Shown piece after piece: positions 1-10,772 of a stretch of DNA of 50,296 bases; the stretch's first letter is position 1, and each line of letters starts with the position of its first letter. Under the pieces are notes generated by a model that was not told the DNA's origin, made no database searches, and worked only from the letters and a program-made list of their open reading frames with translations. This stretch comes from Macrostomum lignano. Its lineage: Eukaryota. The DNA lies in contig NIVC01000572.1 of NCBI GenBank assembly GCA_002269645.1, positions 482,925-533,220 on the forward strand. Reading direction: 5' to 3'. A program made the position numbers and the translations under genes.

Positions 1-1114
1 CCAAATCCCTTAGCTAATGATCCCAAATCCCTTAGCTAATGATCCCAAATCCCTTAGCTAATGATCCCAAATCCCTTTGCTAAGCATCCCAAATCCCTTA
101 GCTAAGCATCCCAAATCCCTTAGCTAATGATCCCAAATCCCTTAGCTAAGCATCCCAAATCCCTTAGCTAAGCATCCCAAATCCCTTAGCAATAACATCC
201 CAAATCTCTTAGCAAAGCATCCCAAATCCCTTAGCTAAGCATCCCAAATCCCTTAGCTAATGATCCCAAATCCCTTAGCTAAGCATCCCAAATCCCTTAG
301 CTAAGCATCCCAAATCCCTTAGCAAAACATCCCAAATCTCTTAGCAAAGCATCCCAAATCCCTTAGCTAAGCATCCCAAATCCCTTAGCTAATGATCCCA
401 AATCCTTAGCTAAGCATCCCAAATCCCTTAGCTAAGCATCCCAAATCCCTTAGCTAATGATCCCAAATCCCTTAGCAAAGCATCCCAAATCCCTTAGCAA
501 AGCATCCCAAATCCCTTAGCTAATGATCCCAAATCCCTTAGCTAAGCATCCCAAATCCCTTAGCTAAGCATCCCAAATCCCTTAGCAAAGCATCCCAAAT
601 CCCTTAGCAAAGCATCCCAAATCCCTTAGCTAATGATCCCAAATCCCTTAGCTAAGCATCCCAAATCCCTTAGCTAAGCATCCCATATCCCTTAGCAAAG
701 CATCCCAAATCCCTTAGCTAATGATCCCAAATCCCTTAGCTAAGCATCCCAAATCCCTTAGCTAAGCATCCCAAATCCCTTAGCAAAGCATCCCAAATCC
801 CTTAGCAAAGCATCCCAAATCCCTTAGCTAATTATCCCAAATCCCTTAGCTAAGCATCCCAAATCCCTTAGCTAAGCATCCCATATCCCTTAGCAAAGCA
901 TCCCAAATCCCTTAGCTAAGCATCCCAAATCCCATAGCAAAGCATCCCAAATCCCTTAGCTAATGATCCCAAATCCCTTAGCTAAGCATCCCAAATCCCT
1001 TAGCTAAGCATCCCAAATCCCTTAGCTAAGCATCCCAAATCCCTTAGCTAAGCATCCCAAATCCCTTAGCAAGCATCCCAAATCCCTTAGCTAAGCATCC
1101 CAAATCCCTTAGCT
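1..1114. repeat. Minisatellite, 22-bp unit (ATCCCAAATCCCTTAGCTAAGC / ...CTAATG)
   Basis: About 50 tandem copies visible; runs off the window start. Confidence 0.97.
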
Positions 1115-1337
1115 GAGCATGGTGACACTTTAGTTCCTTGGCACCAGTTGCCAGCAGTTGAAATGCGAAGTCTTTTGTCAAGTAGTTATGTACGCCTGTG
1201 CCATGAAATATATTTTATGAATTTTATCATTGGAGCGAGGTATTCATGCCTCGCTGTATTTTACAGACATGTATCATCACTGTACTGAGCGTAAAATGAA
1301 CGAAATCACCACGTATTTTTACGTTATCTCAATGAGT

Positions 1338-1693
1338 GACGGACAGTGGCCGTAGCCCAGTGGTCTAGCGCAGGCTCTGGTGTGCCAGCGGTCCAGGCTC
1401 GATTCCAAGTGCAGTCACGTTAATTTGGGGCTAAATTGGATTCTCGGCTTGGCTCTGCTCGTGCAATCAACGCCCTTGAGGGCCAACCCCAAGGCACGGT
1501 GAAGTGTACTTGCCTAACGATAAAATAAAGTTAGGGCCGCTGTCCACTCCTTGCACTTGCGCTTGCGCTTGTGAGCCTACTCAGGGGAGTCTGCGGAATG
1601 GGCAGTAATGCCTCTCGCCGGTTGTGTGCCTATGTCGCTTAAAGTGCGCCAAGGTGCACACAACGGCCCTGCCTCTTCTACCTCTAATAAATA
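1338..1693 (+). mobile_element. tRNA-derived SINE (family 1)
   Basis: A-box-like TAGCCCAGTGG at 1353-1363, B-box-like GGCTCGATTCC at 1396-1406, (AATA)n tail, candidate 7-bp TSD AATGAGT at 1331-1337 and 1694-1700. Confidence 0.7.
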
Positions 1694-1730
1694 AATGAGT
1701 TAGGGAATGAGGATACGCTTGAGTCTGAAA

Positions 1731-3470
1731 ATTGGATTGGATGGGGTCAGGCAATTGGGTTGGATGGGGTCAGGCAATTGGATTGGATGGGTCAGGCAAT
1801 TGGGTTGGATGGGGTCAAGCAATTGGGTTGGATGGGGTCAGGCAATTGGATTGAATGTGGTCAGGCAATTGGATTGGATGGGGTCAGGCAATTGGATTGA
1901 ATGTGGTCAGGCAATTGGATTGGATGGGGTCAGGCAATTGGGTTGGATGGGGTCAAGCAATTTGGCTGGATGGGGTCAGGCAATTTGGCAGGATGGGGTC
2001 AGGCAATTGGGTTTGATGGGGTCAGGCAATTGGATTGGATGGGGTCAGGCAATTGGGTTGGATGGGGTCAGGCAATTGGATTGAATGTGGTCAGGCAATT
2101 GGATTGGATGGGGTCAGGCAATTTGGCTGGATGGGGTCAGGCAATTTGGCTGGATGGGGTCAGGCAATTTGGCTGGATGGGGTCAGGCAATTGGGTTGGA
2201 TGGGGTCAGGCAATTGGATTGGATGGGGTCAGGCAATTGGATTGGATGGGGTCAGGCAATTGGGTTGGATGGGGTCAGGCAATTGGATTGAATGTTGTCA
2301 GGCAATTGGATTGGATGGGGTCAGGCAATTGGATTGAATGTGGTCAGGCAATTGGATTGGATGGGGTCAGGCAATTGGATTGGATGGGTCAGGCAATTGG
2401 GTTGGATGGGGTCAAGCAATTGGGTTGGATGGGGTCAGGCAATTGGTTGGATGGGGTCAAGCAATTGGGTTGGATGGGGTCAGGCAATTGGGTTGGATGG
2501 GGTCAGGCAATTGGATTGGATGTGGTCAGGCAATTGGATTGAATGTGGTCAGGCAATTGGGTTGGATGGGGTCAGGCAATTTGGCTGGATGGGGTCAGGC
2601 AATTTGGCTGGATGGGGTCAGGCAATTGGGTTGGATGGGGTCAAGCAATTGGATTGGATGGGTCAGGCAATTGGTTGGATGGGGTCAGGCAATTTGGCTG
2701 AATGGGGTCAGGCAATTTGGCTGGATGGGGTCAGGCAATTTGGCTGGATGGGGTCAGGCAATTGGATTGGATGGGGTCAGGTTGGATGGGTCAGGAAATT
2801 TGGCTGGATGGGGTCAGGCAATTTGGCTCGATGGGGTCAGGCAATTGGATTGGATGGGGTCAGGCAATTGGATTGGATGGGGTCAGGCAATTGGATTGAA
2901 TGTTGTCAGGCAATTGGATTGGATGGGGTCAGGCAATTGGGTTGGATGGGGTCAGGCAATTTGGCTGGATGGGGTCAGGCAATTTGGCTGGATGGGGTCA
3001 GGCAATTGGGTTGGATGGGGTCAAGCAATTGGATTGGATGGGGTCAGGCAATTGGGTTGGATGGGGTCAGGCAATTGGATTGAATGTGGTCAGGCAATTG
3101 GATTAGATGGGGTCAGGCAATTGGGTTGGATGGGGTCAGGCAATTTGGCTGGATGGGGTCAGGCAATTTGGCTGGATGGGGTCAGGCAATTTGGCTGGAT
3201 GGGGTCAGGCAATTGGATTGGATGGGGTCAGGTTGGATGGGGTCAGGAAATTTGGCTCGATGGGGTCAGGCAATTGGATTGGATGGGGTCAGGCAATTGG
3301 ATTGGATGGGGTCAGGCAATTGGATTGAATGTGGTCAGGCAATTGGATTGGATGGGGTCAAGCAATTGGGTTGGATGGGGTCAGGCAATTGGATTGAATG
3401 TGGTCAGGCAATTGGATTGAATGTGGTCAGGCAATTGGGTTGGATGGGGTCAGGCAATAGGATTGAATGG
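1731..3470. repeat. Minisatellite, 23-bp unit (GGATTGGATGGGGTCAGGCAATT)
   Basis: About 75 tandem copies; accounts for all ORF-track entries from 1707 to 3630. Confidence 0.97.
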
Positions 3471-3763
3471 TGTCCTTAAACTCCCGATTCAAAGGTTGTT
3501 AATTAATTTTCTCAGATGTATATTTCACTGTGACGAGCCGGCACATCTGGATATATGCGCTATATACAGTATATCTTATTATTACTATAATATAGGTATT
3601 CATTACTTGCGCAGTAAAATGATATGGTGACTACTGTAATGCTAGATGCATTGCTTCGTTTATCTTATTACAAAAACAAATTGTCTTCAACAATTGCCAA
3701 CAGAAAGTTTTTTATCTAATCTCCCTATTGCACAAGCGCGTGCATAAATATCGTTTTATAGCG

Positions 3764-3848
3764 TCCGTCTGCCTGTCCGTCTGCCTGTCCGTCTGTCTGC
3801 CTGTCCGTCTGTCTGCCTGTCCGTCTGTCTTCCTGTCCGTCTGTCTGC
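3764..3848. repeat. Short (GTCC/GTCT/GCCT)n array
   Basis: Tandem 12/16-bp units GTCCGTCTGTCTGCCT. Confidence 0.85.
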
Positions 3849-4127
3849 GTCGCTACTTCCGCCAGCTGCCGCTCTGAAAGTGAAAATTAAAAACACTATA
3901 ATAATTTGTTTTAAATTCAGCAACATAAACACACTATACTGCTTTAAGAAGTTTCATCAGTAGAACAATCTGCGCATGAAAATTGTTTGTTTCATGGTCG
4001 ACTGTATGCAAATGTACTTGTAATATTTATCTCACCTTCTGAGACCTCTCAATTACAAACTGTGCAGGTACATGTACATTTGTACATATGTGCTTTGCCA
4101 ATTAGTGAAAACTGCAGCTTCGCTCAC

Positions 4128-4593
4128 CGTGTGGATTTCGTAGATGCAGTTGCGCAGCCGGCCGCCGCAGAACTCGTCCCGGTTGCCGTTGCAGCGCAGG
4201 TTGCACTCCCGTTCGCTCTTCTGTCCGTACAACCCGTAGGTGTTGCCGCAGAAGCACAGGCGCCCGTTCTGCAGCCCGAAGTACCGGTAGCGGAGCCTGT
4301 CGCACTCCCTGTAGCAGAACTCTACCGACATGCGGCTGCGGGCCACGTAGTTGGAGAGGTCCGCCGGCTGGTGTCGCCATAGCAACCAATGTAGGAGTAC
4401 TTCGGCCCTGCGATCGATAGGAGAATGGAAAAAATAACCCCAGTTCAGTTGAAAGACAGACAGACAGACAGACAGACATACATACAGACAGACAGACAGG
4501 CAGACAGACAGACAGACGGACACTAAGACAGACAGACAGGCAGGCAGGCAGACTGTCAGGCAGACAGACAGACAGACAGACAGACAGGCAGGC

Positions 4594-4636
<43 letters not shown>

Positions 4637-4750
4637 GACAGATGGACACTAAGACAGACAGACAGGCAAGCAGACAGAGCAGACAGACGGACAGACAGAG
4701 ACAGACAGACAGATGGACACTAAGACAGACAGACAGGCAGGCAGACTGTC

Positions 4751-4787
<37 letters not shown>

Positions 4788-4938
4788 GTCAGACGGACAG
4801 ACAGGCAGACAGACAGAGACAGACAGACAGATGGACACTAAGGAAGACAGACAGACAGACAGACAGAGCAGACAGACGGACAGACAGAGACAGACAGACA
4901 GATGGACACTAAGACAGACAGACAGGCAGGCAGACTGT

Positions 4939-4973
<35 letters not shown>

Positions 4974-5132
4974 ACGCACAGACAGACACTAAGACAGTCA
5001 GACAGACAACACAAGGAATCAAAACAGGCAAATTGCCTGTCAAATAGATGCCTTACGGTATTGTTCAGCAGTACAGCCAGCTATGAAGAACAGTGCTGCT
5101 GCAGCCAGATACAAAATGGTTAATTTCGACAT
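4128..5132 (-). CDS. Secreted single WSC-domain protein (apparent 1-nt frameshift in exon 2; 3' end uncertain)
   Basis: Exon 1 5132-5057 encodes a signal-peptide-like [25 protein letters not shown] with a phase-1 GTAAG donor. Exon 2 4407-4128 follows a pyrimidine tract and CAG and encodes YIGCYGD..R[D]L...MSVEFC...C...YFGLQNG..CFCGN...C...C.G...E.CGG...IY, the WSC cysteine pattern. One extra G is needed near 4361 (CGG[G]AC) to join the two frames. A possible micro-exon lies at 4059-4036. Confidence 0.8.
4452..5008. repeat. (AGAC)n compound microsatellite in WSC gene intron 1
   Basis: AGAC/AGGC tetramers punctuated by GACACTAA. Confidence 0.95.
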
Positions 5133-5960
5133 TTGCAATTTGTAGATACAGTAATTCAGCTAGATATAGTAGACAACTTTAAAAGATCTGTAGTCAGTTG
5201 TTGACGGCTGAAGTTTTAAATCTTGCTAAGCAATTTATAAACATTATGCCCAAACAACTCAGCATGAGTCCCAATTCGAAGGCAACCCCGCTAGCTACAG
5301 CAGATTAGATTACGCGAGCGACGCGAGCCTTTATGCCCGCGGTTTTTAAAATCTACGGGTCGATTTCTGCTCTGAACAGCAGTACAGATTGTCGGCATGG
5401 CAACTAAGGAAAGTAGAGACGACCTCTGCATTTTTTGGCATTTATGTGGTGCTCACATGGTAAAGATAAGCTTTTTATTTCATTATTTTACAAGATCAAC
5501 GTTAAGTCGAGCATTTTACTGTGTAATTTGTGTGTCTGGTAAAATTGTGATGCACAGCTGTATAGAGATTTTACCAGCTGACTGCATCCGTTGCAGGTTT
5601 GTTAAAAAACCCGGCCTGTTAAAAAAAAACAATTAACAGATCAGACTCAAGACTCGCTCATAACTATATACATGTATTAATTTACATGTAAGTACATATC
5701 ATGGACATGCAAAAATTGAAAGTGTGCCTGCACGTGTGTTACATATGTGTACATGCATTTTGGTAGGTGAAATCTGCATTTGCATGTACATTTCCGTGTA
5801 GTACGCAAAAAATTGAATCTCACGAATATATTATTAATATATTACAAATTTATGTACATGATACCTACACATTTATAATCTTGAGGTACTTCGAGAACAA
5901 TTTATACATGTACATATATGCAGAGCAATAAAACAGTCAAACAGTCATATGTTGCAGTAC

Positions 5961-6350
5961 CCCCTAGAGGACATTCTGTTTCTCAAACTTAGCAGAACTA
6001 GTCTCTGTGCCATTCTTAGCAGATCTTCTCAATCTGCTCGGTTCTTGCAGGATCTTCTACGATGGGAGGTACATTTGTTTTGTTATTCATTTGGCTAAGT
6101 GTTCTGCTGAACTATATTTGATTTTATGACAAAATGGGACAATAAATTTAAGAAAATATGCGATTCGAAGCTATAAAAGGACATAAAAGATAAGATCTTA
6201 TACGATGTAGCAAGTCGCCCAGATCTGGTAAGTTTACCTAAGTATTTATTATAGTAAAGATCTTGCACGTTTTTGCAAGTTACTTGCGCAGCAACCCAAG
6301 AAGCTGATAGACAAGATCTGCTAGAATCAACAAGTCAATGTCTTCTAGGG
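5961..6350. mobile_element. MITE-like element
   Basis: Terminal inverted repeats CCCTAGAGGACATT and AATGTCTTCTAGGG, plus subterminal inverted T(T)AGCAGATCTT; no ORF; no TSD identified. Confidence 0.55.
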
Positions 6351-8203
6351 ACTAATATATGTTGTTGTATTGCTATTTTGTGTCGAAAAATATACGTCTG
6401 TTTAAAAATGCAATTGCATTTTTATGTTTACGTCAACTACATGTAAATGTGTATGCCAGTGTGCACATTTTTAATTCCCAAGTCGATCATACTTGTATTT
6501 TTTGAGCCAACAAAGCCTAAAAAATTCTTCAAAGTTTTCCTAACTATTGTACAGCACCGCATATGCAGTAGACATATGATACATCTACCATGACTGTCAA
6601 TGTCTGTCAATCCAACCTTATATACATGCTTGTACATGTGCCAAATTGTATTTTTTTAATGTTACATGTAGCACTATAGCTTAGCTACCGATTCATCTTC
6701 ACCCAGCACAACTCCTGGGGAAGAGGTCGGCTTCTTGTTCTAAAGTGACCTTCATTTTTATTATATTTTTTGCGCTCTCAAAAGTCCGACTTACTGGAAC
6801 TCTAAAAAGACCATTGCGTGAGCCCGCATGCGCCTTTCAGCAGTTTAAACAAAAATTCACAGTTCTCATTTATATGAGTGATAAAATCAACGTAAATCCA
6901 TAAAATATCTTGTAAAAGTTACAATTTATTACTTTGCTTTGGGTAAAAATGTGAATTTAATATTTTCATATTCATGGGGAATTTTTAACTTAAGGAGACG
7001 ATGCCAATTTTTAGATCCTTGTTAACTGTTGTTCAACTACATATCCGTGTGCCAATTATTTCAAAGGCTGTATAAATTCTTTAACGGCTAAATGCTGAAT
7101 CAATAAATCAAAGTAATTTGAACCTTATAGTATAACACTTTATGCCAACCTCATCTCATCTGAATCGTCTACTGATTTATTTAAATTCAATTTATTCAGT
7201 TGTCATCACCTTACCTAAAGTAAAGACCAATTTTCTAGCCTCCTAGCTCCAAAGCATAAAGCAAGCACAAAGTAGTTAGCTACTTTGCTAATTAAGCTAT
7301 ATTTAATCCAGGCTTTCTATATTGAAAACTTGAAAATGCATTAAGTATGGATGATGTAGGCCTGATTTTTTAAGTAAAATTTAGAAGCCTGATGGCGATG
7401 CTTTAAAGCAGAAGTTATGAGTATGATTTTTGTTTGTTGCATTATCCTTCTGAATAATTTTCAGACAGTCACTTTAAAATTATTGAAAAAGCTATTGCTA
7501 ATCTAGTAAGCCTATTGTAATTTTTAAACTAGAATTTCATCAACATGTATACTATATTATATATATAGTGATCATCCCATTTGGCATTAATACTGAATAT
7601 TATTTGTTAGTATCTCATAATCTTTTACTATACTCCATTGCCATTTTATAGACTATAAAATCTAATATGAAAAAATAAATTTATAAGTTGCAATTTTGTA
7701 ATAATAAAATATATTAAAATGAAATAATAGATAAAATAAAAAGTTTCAGTAAGGCATAACTGCCATTGAGTTTCACTACTACAAATTTTTTTTTCTTTGA
7801 CCTAATCTATATCCAATCCATAGGTGTACCTAGATTTTTCTTATAATAGTCTGACTACTATGAATATCCATAGTTAATTAATATCCCTAGGCTATAACCT
7901 ATAACTTGATATCAATAATTGAACTTATTACTTATTAATAATGTCTCATTTAATTACCTTAATATATAAGAAGAATGTCTAAACTTGTATTGTTTGAACA
8001 CCTGACCCTAGGGACTTTAGAGTTCCCTTCTTAAAAGCTACTGGCAAAATTTATTCATTTCTATTGCTTTACCACCGTCTGCCGAAGTGGCCACCATGTT
8101 GCTACTATTGCGCGTTCAGGGACGCCAACACGCACAGCCACTTTGCTAGCACTTTCATCACTGCACTTGGTGGCAAGCGTGGAGGTGCTTAGTACGCGGA
8201 GGT

Positions 8204-9991
8204 ATGCACTGCAGTTTGAGCCACCGCGGAACAAGCAGTCCTGCTAATGCGACCAGCCTAGAGAGAGCAGCCGGTATGGCGAGCCGACCCCGCAATTTGG
8301 CAAGCGAGGGAAGAGCTGGAGAGACACCGTTTGAGCAGGCGACCAACACGCGAGGCAGAGGAGGCTCTGCTGCTGGGCCCGATACCAGAGGCCGCGTGGC
8401 CTGGTCGGCTATCAATGCTCTGACAGGGCGAAAGCGGCGCATTCCGCTAAACCTGGCAGGCGACTCTGCGGACGAGCGCAGGAACGAGCTGCGTGAGTTC
8501 TTCGACGCCGTTGTCAACGCGCCGCCACCCCCGCTGCCAGACAGTCTGACGCTGCCGCCGGAGATGTCGTTGCCGGCAAAGGAGAGCTTCAGCCTAGCAC
8601 CAGTCAGCACAGCCGACGTTGTGAGGTTCGCCCAACAGTCACCGGGCGGGAAAGCGCTGGGTCCGGACGAGGTGCCCATCGAGGCGCTGCGCATCCACTG
8701 TGTGGCCAGTGGGGTCGCCAGCGTGATGAACTGCGTGCTTTTCGGTGAGGCGGCACCCAACGAATGGACCACGGCGCACATCGTCGCAGTTCCAAAGAAG
8801 CCGGGCACCACGAGGCTTGAGGAGCACCAAGGCATCTGTCTGCAGTCCTGTGCTGCGAAGTTGTTCAACCGGTTGCTGTTATCGCGGTTGCAGCCCGTGC
8901 TGGATCCGTACCTGCGTCCTGAGCAGAACGGCTTCCGGCCCCATCGCGGCACAGTGACGCAGATCCTGGCTCTTCGGCGAGTCATCGAGAAAGCACGGAT
9001 ACGTCAGTCGATCCTGATTGTTATCTTTATAGATTTCAAGAAGGCATTCGACTCGGTCGTCAGGTCTGTGCTCCCAAAGGTGCTCCGTGCGTACAACGTG
9101 CCAGAGCAGCTGATTTCCGCCATCATGGCGATGTACCGTGATACGAAAGCTGCTGTTTCAACACCAGACGGCCTATCGGACTTCTTTGAGACATTTTCCG
9201 GGGTGCTTCAGGGAGATACGCTTGCGCCGTTCCTGTTCGTTCTGGTGCTTGACTGGGTGCTGCGGACCGCTCTTCCTACCAACGATGACGGCTTTCTGTT
9301 ACGGCGACGCGTCGGTCGACGTCAACCGGAGAGGCGGCTCAGCGTGCTTGGCTACGCCGACGACCTCGCCTTGCTGTCCTCAACTGTCGAGGGCGCCCAG
9401 CGACAACTGGACAAGCTAGATGATGTTGCGGCGAGTGTCGGCCTGGTGGTCAACACGCAGAAGACCATCGTGCTCTGCGTGCCAGACGACATCGAGGCAG
9501 CGATTTTGTGCCGAGGCGCTGATGGACAGGCGACAGAGCTTCCGCGTTGTCAGCAGTTCGTCTACCTCGGCAATCTAGTTCCCGGTGTCCGCGAGGATTT
9601 GCGGCGTCGCCGCGGGCTCGCCTGGGCTGCCTTTCGTTCTGTGAGGGCAGCCCTGCAGTCCGAGGCCTTACCTGACCGCCAGAGGGCGGCGTTGTTCCAG
9701 GCGGTGATCGATACCGTCCTGCTGTACAACGCCGAGTCGCTGACGGAGTCGCTCGAGCAGCAAGTTGACGCGGCGCACGCTGGCCTGCTGCGCGCCGCCT
9801 TCAAAATCGGCGACAAGCGAGTGACCAACGCGGCTTTGTATCGCCGCGCCGGCCTGGTCCGTCCAAGCGACCTGCTGCGCCGTCGGCGACTCCAGCTGGC
9901 AGGCCACATCATCCGTGCCGAGTCGAACTGCCCAGAGCCGGTTCTTCTTCATTCTTCTTCTTCATCTTCGGGTCACGGACATTGTAGCTAG
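8204..9991 (+). CDS. Reverse transcriptase of the RTE-like LINE (N-truncated, C-terminus displaced by the nested insertion)
   Basis: Motifs KALGPDEVP, EQNGFR..R.T..QI..LR...EK, FIDFKKAFDSV, GVLQGDTLAPFLF, YADD, GLVVNTQKT, FVYLG and RRRRLQLAGHIIR. Removing the insertion rejoins CPEP-VQVLLLTLQAPYRRGQERAL* in frame, with the stop at 10397-10399. Confidence 0.9.
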   Translation: MHCSLSHRGTSSPANATSLERAAGMASRPRNLASEGRAGETPFEQATNTRGRGGSAAGPDTRGRVAWSAINALTGRKRRIPLNLAGDSADERRNELREFFDAVVNAPPPPLPDSLTLPPEMSLPAKESFSLAPVSTADVVRFAQQSPGGKALGPDEVPIEALRIHCVASGVASVMNCVLFGEAAPNEWTTAHIVAVPKKPGTTRLEEHQGICLQSCAAKLFNRLLLSRLQPVLDPYLRPEQNGFRPHRGTVTQILALRRVIEKARIRQSILIVIFIDFKKAFDSVVRSVLPKVLRAYNVPEQLISAIMAMYRDTKAAVSTPDGLSDFFETFSGVLQGDTLAPFLFVLVLDWVLRTALPTNDDGFLLRRRVGRRQPERRLSVLGYADDLALLSSTVEGAQRQLDKLDDVAASVGLVVNTQKTIVLCVPDDIEAAILCRGADGQATELPRCQQFVYLGNLVPGVREDLRRRRGLAWAAFRSVRAALQSEALPDRQRAALFQAVIDTVLLYNAESLTESLEQQVDAAHAGLLRAAFKIGDKRVTNAALYRRAGLVRPSDLLRRRRLQLAGHIIRAESNCPEPVLLHSSSSSSGHGHCS

Positions 9992-10326
9992 ACGATGTAG
10001 CTAATAGGACCGGGTGCCTAGCACCATGCAGTCGGGGCGCTGACTCCGCGTGGGCGGACAGTAGATGGTAAAATCCAATTTGCGGCCTGCGGCGGGTGGC
10101 CAGAAAGCAAGGGAACCCGAGTCCCGGTGCGCAGGGCTCCTCCGCAGACCGACTTACGCTGTAAAAAGCGCCACCCACCGCCAACCTAATGGTGAGGGAC
10201 AGCTCCAGGCTGCATACCCGGAGGTGAGACCAATTCGTCACCCCGTCGATGGCAGGGACGGACGGAGCTCCTGCCACATTGGCGGGGTGTCCAGGGGCGC
10301 GACGTGGATGCTGGTCTCGTGCCACC
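9943..10326 (-). mobile_element. 384-bp non-autonomous retroposon headed by an HDV-like ribozyme
   Basis: Exact 12-bp TSD CCCAGAGCCGGT at 9931-9942 and 10327-10338; (GAA)n-type 3' tail on the minus strand; no RT and no Pol III A/B boxes seen. Confidence 0.9.
10226..10326 (-). ncRNA. HDV-like (CPEB3-type) self-cleaving ribozyme
   Basis: Minus strand: P1 GGUGGC/GCCCCU (G1.U wobble, one U-C mismatch); P2 GAGACCA/UGGUCUC; P3 GCA/CGC (one A-C mismatch); L3 UCCACGU; P1.1 CC/GG; P4 CACCCCG/CGGGGUG with inner stem UGGCAGG/CCUGCCA; J4/2 ACGAAU with the catalytic C at 10237. Confidence 0.85.
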
Positions 10327-10772
10327 CCCAGAGCCGGTGCAGGTGCTGCTGCTGACGCTGCAGGCACCCTACCGGCGGGGACAGGAGCGCGCCCTGTGAC
10401 GCTAACCTGCGTATTCTATTGTTGTTGTTGTTGTTGTATTGCTTTACCCTTCAAGCATAAAATCAATGGCTCTAATAGTCTTTTAGTGGCCAATAATATT
10501 AAACACAGGAACTGTATATCTTCTTGCAACTTTCCATAGCCATACCTGCTGCTATGGTAGAGTCAAATATATTATCAAATAATTATACTCTTTAAATACG
10601 AATAATAGGCCTATATCAGTTCTCTAAATTAAAACTGCAATTAGCTATGGAGTTATATCATTATGCTTAGATTTTATTTTTGTATAAAAATGTGTCATCT
10701 ATAAGCAGACAAAGCCATTATTGGGCCTGACAGATTCTATTGAAAATAATACAATGATTTCAGCCAACAGTC

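Larger units (their letters stand above)
8074..10436 (+). mobile_element. 5'-truncated RTE-clade non-LTR retrotransposon
   Basis: RT ORF, (TTG)n 3' tail at about 10419-10436, and 12-bp TSD TATTGCTTTACC at 8062-8073 and 10437-10448. No endonuclease domain is present. Interrupted by a nested insertion at 9943-10326. Confidence 0.9.

Noticed and set aside
1-1114. Telomeric or subtelomeric repeat at the window start
   Set aside because: The unit is 22 bp with no tandem TTAGGG; it is an ordinary minisatellite like many others here.
1346-1420. Functional tRNA gene
   Set aside because: Anticodon and T stems do not pair canonically, and it continues into a body with tail and TSD, so it is a SINE head. 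The same holds for 35013-35085.
1707-3630. Trp/Gly-rich repeat protein ORFs
   Set aside because: Open in several frames of a 23-bp array with no splice or domain support. The same applies to ORFs at 12.6-14.5, 15.2-16.4, 22.3-22.9, 39.9-40.8, 44.9-45.9, 46.2-46.9 and 49.5-49.9 kb.
8158-8985. 275-aa minus-strand ORF
   Set aside because: Antisense shadow of the GC-rich RT coding region, with no recognisable motifs.
10065-10539. Plus-strand ORFs suggesting a second LINE 5' end
   Set aside because: The TSD, tail polarity and ribozyme all show the insert is on the minus strand and non-coding.
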